A DNA stretch of 64,000 nucleotides from NCBI GenBank assembly GCA_036011085.1, contig DASCMS010000052.1:20166-84165 (forward strand). The letters are read 5' to 3'. Both the position numbers and the translations under genes were made by a program. How positions within the stretch are numbered: the first letter of the stretch is position 1; every line of letters begins with the position of its first letter. This document shows positions 9,756 through 19,400 of this stretch, one piece after another. The notes below the pieces were generated by a model. The model worked only from the letters and a program-made list of their open reading frames with translations. It did no database searches and had not been told where the DNA came from. This DNA comes from Candidatus Latescibacterota bacterium (lineage in GTDB: Bacteria > Latescibacterota > UBA2968 > UBA8231).

Positions 9756-10282
9756 CGGAGACGACGATGGACTGGGAGATCAAGAAACGCGGACGCGTCA
9801 CCTACTACCGGAAGAAGACGAACAGGGTGTTCTCCGACCTGGTGACGGAAGAACTCGACAACGGGGATCTGAAGATCCGCTTCGTCGGCATGACCGGGGC
9901 ACAGGCAGCGACCAATGAACTCGAGCTGCAGGACACGGCCCGCATGGATCCCGAGCGGGAGATACCGCGCACCTTCGACACCTGGGACATGTACGTGCGC
10001 GAGGCCGGGATCTGTGACGGCCTGAGCGATCTCGACTTCCTGGAGGTGCATTCCTTCGGAGCAGCGCCAAAGTCCCCGAGTCCCATCACCGAGCCGCAGG
10101 CCTACAGCGACGAGAAGAAGCGGATCCGCGAGGCCTACTCCCGGGCGTACGCCGAGTACTGGGAACAGAAGCTGCCCGACAACGGGCTGCCGGTGCGGTT
10201 CACGGTCTACCTGGAAGAGCTGCCGGATACGGACGCCAGCTACGAGCTGAGCGCCGTCGCTCTGCTTCAGCGCACGCGCTGA
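9752..10282 (+). CDS. Hypothetical protein, no recognisable domain
   Basis: 176-aa ORF with normal amino-acid composition. TTG 9752 overlaps the upstream TGA; ATG 9767 is an alternative start. Its 3' end overlaps the convergent amidohydrolase by 16 nt. Confidence 0.55.
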   Translation: MTETTMDWEIKKRGRVTYYRKKTNRVFSDLVTEELDNGDLKIRFVGMTGAQAATNELELQDTARMDPEREIPRTFDTWDMYVREAGICDGLSDLDFLEVHSFGAAPKSPSPITEPQAYSDEKKRIREAYSRAYAEYWEQKLPDNGLPVRFTVYLEELPDTDASYELSAVALLQRTR

Positions 10283-11532
10283 CCAGCCTGGAACACGGCC
10301 ACCACATCTGATACGGCGGCGATGTCCTGCGTCGGATCGCTGCCGAAGACGGTGATGTCGGCGACCCGGCCCGCCTCCAGCGTCCCGACTTCACCCGCCA
10401 TACCTATGGCATCGGCGCTGACCCGGGTGGCCGCTTCCAGCGCTTCGGCCGGCGTGAAGCCGACCTCTACGAGCAGCTGCAGGTCGTAGTCGAGATGACC
10501 GAAGGTGAGGTCGCTGACGCCGGAGTCGGTCCCGGGAACGATACGTTCCTTGCCACAGACGTCGAGGGTGCGTCGCATGACGTCCAGTCGGCCGGCGGCC
10601 CGTTGCTCCAGGGCTGCGAGCGCCTGGAGATCATCGGATGTGGCAGCATCCGCATCGCGCCGGGACCGCAGCCGCGTGATCTCGTGCCATCGACACCAGG
10701 CCTGCAGTGTGGGGCTGATCCAGACGCCGGTTTCGGCCATCTTCGCCGCCAGATCCGGATCGAAGTGGAGCTCTCCGTCGGGCTCGAGAAACTCGGCGTG
10801 TTCCAGCAGGTCGATGCCGGCCGCCACCGCATGGACCATCGACTCCTTCGCCCGGCAGTGGGCCGCTGTGAGGCGATGGAAGTGGTGGGCTTCGTGCACG
10901 GCGGCGTGCAGTTCAGCAGCCGAGTAGGAGGCCCGGGTCGGATCGGTGCCGGCGGTGCCGCCGCCCGACGCCATGATCTTGATGTAGTCGGCCCCGTCAT
11001 CGACGAGTCGGCGAACCGAGGCACGGATCTCGTCCTCGCCATCGGCGGTCTCGTTGCACATATGAAAGTGGCCGTCGGTGCAGGTGATGGGCCGCCCGGA
11101 TACCAGCATCCGCGGACCGGGGATGTAACCGCGGGCCAGCCCTTCCTTCAGCGTGAAGCCCACCAGGTTGCGGGCGCCATGCTCACGGATCGTCGTGATG
11201 CCCGCCTGCTGGTGGCGGCGCAGGTTCAGGGCCCCGGTGAGGACCATCATCTCGTCGGATTCGGAGAACATCTCGGCGTAGGAGCGGCCGTCGCCGGCCA
11301 GACTCAGGTGCGTGTGTCCGTCGATCAGGCCGGGGGCCAGGCAAGCGCCGTCGCCGAGGTCGAGGCGCTGTGCTGTGGGCGGTGCATCCCGTTCGATCTG
11401 CTGGGCAACACCGACGCCCCGGATGCGTCCCGCCTCGAGCCACAGAGAGTAACCGGCTTGCGTATTGCGGCCCGTGCCGTCCACCAGCAGACCGGCATGG
11501 AGAACGAGGCTGTCCAATGCTGTGTGGCTCAT
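10267..11532 (-). CDS. Amidohydrolase-family metal-dependent hydrolase
   Basis: 421 aa. APGLIDGHTHLSLAG (HxH) plus downstream His and Asp motifs of the amidohydrolase fold. Confidence 0.85.
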   Translation of the reverse strand: MSHTALDSLVLHAGLLVDGTGRNTQAGYSLWLEAGRIRGVGVAQQIERDAPPTAQRLDLGDGACLAPGLIDGHTHLSLAGDGRSYAEMFSESDEMMVLTGALNLRRHQQAGITTIREHGARNLVGFTLKEGLARGYIPGPRMLVSGRPITCTDGHFHMCNETADGEDEIRASVRRLVDDGADYIKIMASGGGTAGTDPTRASYSAAELHAAVHEAHHFHRLTAAHCRAKESMVHAVAAGIDLLEHAEFLEPDGELHFDPDLAAKMAETGVWISPTLQAWCRWHEITRLRSRRDADAATSDDLQALAALEQRAAGRLDVMRRTLDVCGKERIVPGTDSGVSDLTFGHLDYDLQLLVEVGFTPAEALEAATRVSADAIGMAGEVGTLEAGRVADITVFGSDPTQDIAAVSDVVAVFQAGQRVR

Positions 11533-11538
11533 GCAGTC

Positions 11539-11561
11539 AATCTACGTGACCGATCGGTCAC
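11539..11561 (-). promoter_or_regulatory. Perfect 16-bp palindrome GTGACCGATCGGTCAC next to a -10-like TAGATT; candidate operator and possibly leaderless promoter
   Basis: Palindrome at 11546-11561. TAGATT (minus strand; plus coordinates 11539-11544) ends 6 nt before ATG 11532, and no SD is visible. The palindrome fills the spacer upstream of the -10. Confidence 0.4.
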
Positions 11562-11663
11562 CGGGAAGACCGCCCTGACCTGTCGTCCATTCCGGATGCC
11601 GCTTAGAATAATCCCGGGACCGGCACCACATGCAACCAGCAGTGACGAGGAGAGGCGGACAAA

Positions 11664-12767
11664 GTGAAGGACAAGACGAACATCGGCATCGTGGGATGCG
11701 GTGCCATCAGCGGCGCATATCTGAAGATCGCCGGGGACTGGCCCATTCTGAACGTGGCGGCCTGCGCCGACATCGACCTGTCGAGGGCCCAGGCCCGGGC
11801 CGAGGAGTTCGATGTGCTGCGGGCCTGTTCTGTTGACGAACTGCTGGCGGACGAGACCATTGATATCGTCGTCAATCTGACGATTCCGGCAGCCCATCAC
11901 GATGTGGCGGCGGCGGCACTGCAGGCGGGGAAGTCGGCGTACAATGAAAAGCCCCTCGCTGTCAGCCGGGAGGATGGCAAACGCCTCGTCGACCTGGCCA
12001 AGGCCCAGGGCTGCCTGCTGGGCGGCGCGCCTGACACCTTCCTCGGAGGCGGCATCCAGACGTGCCGCAAGCTCATCGACGATGGCTGGATCGGCGAGCC
12101 GGTGGCGGCTTCGGCTTTCATGATGGGGCGTGGCCATGAGAGCTGGCACCCCGATCCGGAGTTCTACTACAAAGCCGGGGGCGGTCCCATGTTCGATATG
12201 GGGCCGTACTACCTGACAGCCCTCGTCTTCCTGATGGGGCCGGTGCAGCGTGCCTCGGGCATGACCCGGGTCACCTTCCCGGAGCGCACGATCACGAGCA
12301 AGCCGAAGTACGGTGAGAAGATCACGGTGGATGTGCCCACCCACGTGGCGGGCACGATGCAGTTTGCCAACGGCGCCATCGGCACGATCACGACCAGCTT
12401 CGACGTCTGGGGAGGCCAGCTGCCCTGCATCGAGATCTACGGCACGGAGGGCTCCATGTCGGTGCCGAATCCCAACACCTTCGGCGGTCCCGTGCAGGTC
12501 AAATTGGGACGCAAGGACTGGGCCGAGATCCCCCTGACCCATCCCAACGAGGAGAACTCGCGCAGCATCGGTGTGGCCGATATGGCCCATGCCCTGCGCT
12601 CGGGCCGGCCCCACCGGGCCAACGGCGATCTGACCTTCCACGTCCTCGACCTGATGCACGCCTTCCACGAAGCCCAGCAGAGCGGCGCCTTTGTCGAACT
12701 GAGCAGCACCTGTGAGCAGCCGGCCATGATTCCCACGGGACTGCAGCCGGGACAACTCGACGACTGA
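11664..12767 (+). CDS. Gfo/Idh/MocA-family oxidoreductase
   Basis: 367 aa with a GTG start. [16 protein letters not shown] Rossmann motif and a typical C-terminal alpha/beta domain. Confidence 0.85.
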   Translation: MKDKTNIGIVGCGAISGAYLKIAGDWPILNVAACADIDLSRAQARAEEFDVLRACSVDELLADETIDIVVNLTIPAAHHDVAAAALQAGKSAYNEKPLAVSREDGKRLVDLAKAQGCLLGGAPDTFLGGGIQTCRKLIDDGWIGEPVAASAFMMGRGHESWHPDPEFYYKAGGGPMFDMGPYYLTALVFLMGPVQRASGMTRVTFPERTITSKPKYGEKITVDVPTHVAGTMQFANGAIGTITTSFDVWGGQLPCIEIYGTEGSMSVPNPNTFGGPVQVKLGRKDWAEIPLTHPNEENSRSIGVADMAHALRSGRPHRANGDLTFHVLDLMHAFHEAQQSGAFVELSSTCEQPAMIPTGLQPGQLDD

Positions 12768-12792
12768 GCCGGATCGGCGCCCTGTCTCACCC

Positions 12793-12822
12793 TTGACAAT
12801 CGCTGGCGAGATCCGGTATCGT
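12793..12822 (+). promoter_or_regulatory. Putative sigma70-type promoter TTGACA-18-TATCGT for the 12873-23802 operon
   Basis: TTGACA at 12793-12798 and TATCGT at 12817-12822, in the only sizeable gap (105 nt) before a run of overlapping genes. Confidence 0.4.
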
Positions 12823-12872
12823 TGCTCCCCCGAGACGAACGATTCCCGACCTGCAACGGAGTGTCGCCTCTC

Positions 12873-13589
12873 ATGCGGATCCTGCTGACGGAGGATAGCG
12901 GCCCTCTCGGCGGCGAGCTGGACCAAGCCCTTGCCGACACGCATCAGGTTCGCAGCTTGCCTGCAGGCACAGACCTCACCGATGCCAGCACAATCTGGGG
13001 GGCTGTCCGGGGCGTCGATGCCGTCGTTCACACGGGCGTGCCCCTGACGGCTGCCGCCACCGCCATCGGCAACGACGCCGAGCGGGCGGCGCTGGACGAG
13101 GCCACGCGGGGTATGCACGTACTGCTGGATGCGGCCATCCAGGCCGGCGTCCAACGCTTCGTCTACTGCAGCACTCTCGAACTGTTCGCCACGATTCCCG
13201 AAGACCGCTACATCTCCGAGCAATGGCGACCTGATCCGGGCACGGAGATGGCGACCCTGTCACGCCATCTGGCGGAGCAGGTGACCCGTGAGTTTGCCCG
13301 GGAGCGGGCCGTATCGGTTACCGTATTGCGCCTGGGGCGCCTGCGCCGCGAGGAAGATGTGGCCGCAGACGAAGCGCCCGACCTGATGTGGCTCGATCCT
13401 CGGGACGCCTCGACCGCCGTGAACCTGGCCGTACACCGGGACAGCAGCGCGCAACTCAACTGGCAATCGCGCTGGACGGTCTATCATATCTGCTCGCGCC
13501 CGCCCCATCCCAGATTTCTGCTCGACGGCGCCAGAGCTCTCGGTTTTGACCCCGTGCACAATTTCAGTGACTGCTGGGGGCCGGGATGA
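12873..13589 (+). CDS. Epimerase/dehydratase-like protein with degenerate nucleotide-binding motif
   Basis: Start re-picked to MRILLTEDSGPLGGEL, where TEDSGPLG replaces TGxxGxxG. Remainder aligns by eye with the neighbouring paralog. Stop overlaps the next ATG (ATGA). Confidence 0.65.
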   Translation: MRILLTEDSGPLGGELDQALADTHQVRSLPAGTDLTDASTIWGAVRGVDAVVHTGVPLTAAATAIGNDAERAALDEATRGMHVLLDAAIQAGVQRFVYCSTLELFATIPEDRYISEQWRPDPGTEMATLSRHLAEQVTREFARERAVSVTVLRLGRLRREEDVAADEAPDLMWLDPRDASTAVNLAVHRDSSAQLNWQSRWTVYHICSRPPHPRFLLDGARALGFDPVHNFSDCWGPG

Positions 13590-14308
13590 AGCGAGTACTC
13601 TTCCTCGGTGCGTCGGGTCTGATCGGTCCCCATCTGACGCCGGGACTTGTCGATCACTACGACCTGCGCCAGGCTGACGTCCAGCCGCACCCGGAGGGGA
13701 TCGACATCGATCACGTCGATGTGCGCGACTATGCGCAGGTCCTGGAGGCGGCGCGCGGCTGTGACGCGATCATGAACTTCACCGTCGTGCGCAACGATCC
13801 GGTCGACAGTTTCCAGGTGAATACGATCGGCGCCTGGAATGTGATGCGTGCCGCCGTCGAACTGGGGATCCGGAGGATCATCCACTCGGGGCCGCAGGCG
13901 GTACGCTCTTCCTACGACAGTGATTTTGGCGTTGACGATGCCCCCGCGGCCCCTGGCACCGGACACTACAGCATTACCAAGTGGCTGAGTGCCGAGATCT
14001 GCCGCGTGTTCTCGCAGAAGCACGGCATGCACACGGCCTACTTCGTTTTTAATGGTCTGGGTCCGGCACCGGAGACGCCCTGCACCGAGCCGACGGATAC
14101 ACCGCCTTTCGTCGTCATCTGGGAAGATCTTCAGCACGTCTGCCGCCTCGCCCTCGAGGTGCCCTCGCTGCCCGGCAACTTTCAGCTGTTCAACATGCTG
14201 TCCTACACCGGACCGGGGAAGTACAACACCGACAAGGCACGTCGGTTGCTGGGTTTCGAGCCGACACGTGACTGGGACGAGTTCTACCGTCGACGGGTAT
14301 CGGGATGA
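13586..14308 (+). CDS. NAD-dependent epimerase/dehydratase-family protein (Udh-like)
   Basis: 240 aa. VLFLGASGLIGPHL (GxxGxxG), YSITKWLSAEI (YxxxK), C-terminal LLGFEPTRDW. ATGA overlap with the next gene. Confidence 0.8.
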   Translation: MKRVLFLGASGLIGPHLTPGLVDHYDLRQADVQPHPEGIDIDHVDVRDYAQVLEAARGCDAIMNFTVVRNDPVDSFQVNTIGAWNVMRAAVELGIRRIIHSGPQAVRSSYDSDFGVDDAPAAPGTGHYSITKWLSAEICRVFSQKHGMHTAYFVFNGLGPAPETPCTEPTDTPPFVVIWEDLQHVCRLALEVPSLPGNFQLFNMLSYTGPGKYNTDKARRLLGFEPTRDWDEFYRRRVSG

Positions 14309-16470
14309 ATATCGGGCTTCCCGGCGACTTTCGACGGTACCTGTCGATGCGCGGTGCATCCGTCACCCGCGAAGAGGCCGAGAGCCACCAGCCCCTGACG
14401 CTGCGAGCTCTCGCCGTCGGCGCATTCCTCTCGTTCTTCCTCGGCGTCGGCTCCAACTATGCCGACACGGTGATCAAGGGCAGCTACATGACCCTCGATT
14501 TCAGCACACCGGGGGCGATCTTCCTGTTTCTCGTACTCGTCGGCTTCCTCAACTCGCTCTACAAGCTGACGGCCAGGCACTGGATCCTGTCGGGTGGGGT
14601 CACCATCCTGCTCGCCGCCGTCTGGGCCGTTCATTTCTCGCCCTTTGACGCATTGTATCTGTATTCGCCGGGTGTGCTGTTCTCCAGTTTCCTCATCCTC
14701 TCTCTGGCGGCAAACACGGTCCTGGCGGGGATGGGCCGCAATCTGGCACTGAATCGCAGTGAGCTGATCGTCGTCTACATCATGCTCATCGTCGTCGCGT
14801 CCCTGGCGACCATGGGGTTATGCGAGACGATTCTGCCCGCCATCACCGGCGTGTTCTATTACGCCAGTCCCGAGAACAAATGGGCGGAGATCCTGTTCCC
14901 CGTCCTGCCCGACGCGATCATGCTCGACGACGGGACGGAGAACCGGGACTTCTACGAGGGCTTCGGCACCAAGGAATTCTCGATTCCCTGGGGGATCTGG
15001 CTGCGACCGATGGCCATGTGGGGCGTCTTCCTGCTGGCTCTGTATCTGACGATGGTCTGCCTGGCAGTCATCCTGCGCCGCCAGTGGATGGACCGGGAAC
15101 GCCTGTCGTACCCGCTGGTGCAAGTGCCGCAGGCGATGATCCGCGGCGAGGACCCCGATCAGGTGGTCAATCCCTTCTTCAAGAACGGGGTCGTGTGGGC
15201 CGGTGCATCGCTGCCCATTCTCGTGGGTCTGTTCACCGGACTCAACAAGTATCTTGCGGGTTGGCCGCTGATTCCCACGGCGTGGAGCTTCCCCATCGGC
15301 TTCGGCCAGTCGATCAACATGACGATCAGCTTCGCCGTGCTCGGCTTCTCCTACCTGATCGGGCCGGATATCGCCCTCGGGATCTGGGGGTTTGCCCTGT
15401 TCTCCAAGGTGGAGAAGATGTTCTTCGTCGCCAACGGTGTGACCAAGCAGCAGGACGTCTGGGCGGTGTCCACATCGGAACTGCTCAACTACCAGGGCCT
15501 GGGGGCACTGATCGTCTTCGTCGGCATCGGCCTCTGGGTTGGTCGTGAGCACCTCGCCCAGGTACTGAAGAAGTTCCTCGGACAGGACTCAGAGCTCAGC
15601 GACGACGATGAAATCATGACCTACCGGTCGGCTGTGGCAGGTTGCCTGATCGGCACGGTGGTCATGATCGGCTGGTTCGTATTTCTCGGCACACCACTGT
15701 GGGCGGCGTCCCTGTTCGTATTCCTTGCCATGATCATCTTCACAGGCCTGTCCCGGGTCGTGGCCGAGTCCGGCATCGCCGCCATCATCTCGCCGATGAT
15801 CGCACCCGACTTCATGGTCTACGGCCTCGGCTCGAAGCTGCTCGGCGCCACGGCGACGGCCAATTTCTCCATGGGCTACATCTTCGGGGCCGACATCCGC
15901 GTCTTCCTCATGGGTGTCATAGCCAATGGCCTGAAGCTGATCGAAGGGATGAATCGCAGCAGCCGCCGTATCGTGTTCTGGGCCATCGTCATCGCCATCC
16001 TCCTCGGCGTGACGGGCTCGCTGTTCACCGTCATGTCTCTCGGCTACCGCGACGGGGGCATCAACTCCAATGGCTGGTTCTTCAAGAACATGCCGACCAT
16101 CATCTACAAGACGGCGGCGCTGAATATCGAGGAGGCAGAAGGTGTGTACTGGGAAGGCATGAGCTTCGTCGGCGTCGGCGCCGGTGCCATGCTGGCTCTC
16201 ACCTGGCTGCGTCAACGGTTTCTGTGGTGGCCCCTGCATCCGATCGGTTTCCCGATCATGACCAGCTGGCTCGTCGACTGGATGTGGTTCAGTGTCTTCC
16301 TCGCCTGGCTCATCAAAGTGACGATTCTGAAGTACGGTGGCGCGACGCTGTTCGCCCGCAGTCGCTATTTCTTCCTCGGCATGATCGCCGGGCGCATGCT
16401 GATCACGGGCGGCTTTCTCGTCGTCGACTACCTTACCGGGATGGTAAGCAATGCCATCTTCTGGATCTGA
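14305..16470 (+). CDS. Large polytopic membrane protein, possibly distant OPT-superfamily-like; paralog of 21127..23802
   Basis: 721 aa and hydrophobic throughout (I see more than 12 helices). Shares the DRERL[SP][YF]P motif (MDRERLSYPLVQVPQAMI) and N- and C-terminal patterning with the 891-aa protein downstream. Confidence 0.75.
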   Translation: MNIGLPGDFRRYLSMRGASVTREEAESHQPLTLRALAVGAFLSFFLGVGSNYADTVIKGSYMTLDFSTPGAIFLFLVLVGFLNSLYKLTARHWILSGGVTILLAAVWAVHFSPFDALYLYSPGVLFSSFLILSLAANTVLAGMGRNLALNRSELIVVYIMLIVVASLATMGLCETILPAITGVFYYASPENKWAEILFPVLPDAIMLDDGTENRDFYEGFGTKEFSIPWGIWLRPMAMWGVFLLALYLTMVCLAVILRRQWMDRERLSYPLVQVPQAMIRGEDPDQVVNPFFKNGVVWAGASLPILVGLFTGLNKYLAGWPLIPTAWSFPIGFGQSINMTISFAVLGFSYLIGPDIALGIWGFALFSKVEKMFFVANGVTKQQDVWAVSTSELLNYQGLGALIVFVGIGLWVGREHLAQVLKKFLGQDSELSDDDEIMTYRSAVAGCLIGTVVMIGWFVFLGTPLWAASLFVFLAMIIFTGLSRVVAESGIAAIISPMIAPDFMVYGLGSKLLGATATANFSMGYIFGADIRVFLMGVIANGLKLIEGMNRSSRRIVFWAIVIAILLGVTGSLFTVMSLGYRDGGINSNGWFFKNMPTIIYKTAALNIEEAEGVYWEGMSFVGVGAGAMLALTWLRQRFLWWPLHPIGFPIMTSWLVDWMWFSVFLAWLIKVTILKYGGATLFARSRYFFLGMIAGRMLITGGFLVVDYLTGMVSNAIFWI

Positions 16471-19400
16471 CAGCCCGTTGATCAGGCCCATCTGGGTTGC
16501 CATCGTCTGCGGTCTCGGCCTGTGGGTCGTGCTGCCCGCGGCGGGGAAGGGGGACATCGATCCGGAGGCCTTTGACCGGATCTCGATGACCGTGCGGGAG
16601 TTGTCGTCCAACGGCTCCCGTCTGCCGGGATACGCCGGGGATCGATATGCTGCCGACCTGATCGAGCGGGAGTTGAAGAATGCCGGCGTCGAGGGGGTAA
16701 CGCGGGATCCCTACGATCTGGCGGTGCCCATCGACAAGGGCGCATCGATGTCGATTCTCGATGGCGCCGAGCCCCGCACCATGCCACTGCTGTCTCTGTG
16801 GCCCAACCTCGTGCGGACGAATACGACGGGACCTGAAGGGATCGCCGGCAACCTGTTCTACGGCGGACATGGCGAGCACGTGGACTTCGATGGTCACCAG
16901 ATGTTCGGCGCCATCGTCATGCTCGAGTTCAACAGCTGGAAGAACTGGAAGAACGCCGCCGCCCTCGGTGCGGCGGCGATCATCTTCATCGAACCCGAAG
17001 AGACCACCCTCTTCGAGGCCCGCAACAAGTGGTCCTGGACCCCGGTGGATGTGCCGCGCTTCTGGCTGGGTCGCCAGGCCGCCCTCGCCCTGCGGCAGGA
17101 GCTGGGCGACGGCGAGCTGCAGGTTCTTCTGCAGGCGCGCATGGATTACGAAACGCGCACCACATGGAACGTGTGGGGAACGGTGCCTGGCGTGGATCCC
17201 GTGCTGAAGGACGAGATCGTCGCCGTGCAGTCATACTATGACGGCATCTCGGTCGTGCCCGCAGCCACACCTGGGGCCGAGAGCACGGCCGGGGTTGCGG
17301 CGCTGCTTGAGTTTGCCCGGTACCTGCGCGATCACCCCCCGGGGCGAACCGTCGTGCTGCTGGCTTCGGGCTCGCATTTCCAACAGGAGCGCGGCGTCTT
17401 CGCCTTCTTCCAGAAACATGCGAGGGTCCTGGCGCCATTCAAGGGTCGCATGCCGAAGCGCTTCGTTGCCGATTCTCTGAATGTGAGTCGGCTGGTCGAG
17501 GAGACCTCGGCCCGCGGTCTGTCTCTCGACACGCTCGGCGTACGCCTTCGCCCCACAGCCGGAGGCGGGCAGGCATTCGACGGGTTAGATCTCGAGCGCC
17601 TGCAAGCCCAGCTCAAGCTCCGCCGTATCGTTCCGGACTCCATCGGCATCCGCCTCGAGCCTGACAGCCTGAGCCTCGAGCTCTTCATCGCCATCGATCT
17701 GTCGAGTCGTTCCGACCAGGTCGGCTTCGTCCACAGCGCCCGGGCGCCGGCGCATCGCAAGTTCTACGTGCCCATGGGGCGCAGTCTGATGCACCATGCT
17801 GCGGATGCCGCCGCGGAGCTGGGACGGGAGCCGACGGCGATGGTCAACCTCATCAGCCCCATCAAGGGCCTGTCCTGGGACTCGTACCTGGACTTCAACA
17901 CCTACCGTGAGAATGCCTACGTCCCTTTGAACACGGGGGTCGTCACGCTCAGCATGATCACGACGACGGACCGGCGGATGATCATCGACAGTCCGCTCGA
18001 TACGCCGGACAAGGTAAACGTGGGCAACATCGCCCGGCAGAGCGCCATGCTCAATGCGACGTTGGCAAGGGCCCTGGCAGACCCGCAGCTGTTCGGCCAC
18101 GAGTGGGAGAAGCTGCGCGCCGGACACAAGAAGAACATCACCGACGTTCTGTCGTCGATCAACGGTCGGCTGCGCCTGCTGCCACAGCGGAGCGCCACGC
18201 CAGACGAACCCGTTCCCGGGGCCACGGTGGTGGTGATGAACGATCGCTTCCAGAACATGTGGCGGCCACGGATCCATATCGCCGACGAAGATGGCAACTA
18301 CCAGGTGGACGGGCTCGAGAAGTTCAAGACTCAAGTGCGTGGATACCTGGTCGATCCCGAGACGGGGGATATCACCTACAGCACCGACCACGGCGAGCGG
18401 GCGCAGAAACTAGGCGCCTTCGAGCAGACGCTGTCGAAGGCAGAGACCGTGTGGACGACGATTCTGTTCGAATCCGCGAGTCTGGAGATTCACGACCGGG
18501 TGCACGCCGCCTACCACTTCACCTACGGCAACTACAGCAAGGATCAGAAGGTACTCGACAAGCGCGGCGCCGTGCCCCGTCAGTACGGTTTCGTCATGGG
18601 CGACTGGGACGAACAGATGATGGTCCTCTACGGCGTGCCGGGCGATTCGCTGCGCCTCGTGGATGATTCGGTGGTGCTGTTGAACAACGAGGGCGCCATC
18701 GACGAATTGACAGGGCAGGGGCAGGGATTCGACATGCGGCTGGCACGGATGATCCCCTTCGTCAGCCTGCAGTCGATGAAGGACATGTGGCGCCTCGATG
18801 AGGCCCGCATCGAGCGTATGCGGAGCTTCGCCATCGAGAACCCCCGTCTCGACGCGCTGCACAGCCGCTCCTGGCAGGCCCTGCAGAAGGCCGAGATGGC
18901 CATGGAGAACCTGCAATGGGCGAGATACGCCAAGTACATCCGCGAAGCGCTGGGACTCGAGTACCGCGCCTACCCCGACGTGCGGGGTACGCAGAACGAC
19001 ATCATCGTCGGGCTTGTGTTCTTCGTTGCGCTGCTGGTGCCAGCAGCGTTCTTCGCCGAGCGCCTCCTGTTTGCGGCGCCCGAAGTGCACAAGCAACTGG
19101 CATGGTTCGCCGCGATCCTGCTCACCATATGGCTGATTCTGGCCCAGGTGCACCCCGCCTTCGAGCTGGCGCACCCAGTCATCGTGCTGCTGGCGCTGAT
19201 GGTTATGGTCATGGCCTTCTATGTCATCAGTCTCATCGTCGGGCGGTTCAATGCCTTCATGACCGATCTTCAGCAACGCGCCGCCGGAACGGCGAGCGGT
19301 GATCTGAGCCGTTCGGGCACGGCGTACGTGGCCTTCATGCTCGGAATCTCGAATATGCGCCGGAGGGTGACGCGCACGGGGCTGACCCTGGCCACGATTA

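Noticed and set aside
11529-13223. 564-aa minus-strand ORF
   Set aside because: It is antisense to the Gfo/Idh/MocA gene (11664..12767) and the epimerase-like gene. It has no motifs and shadow-frame composition.
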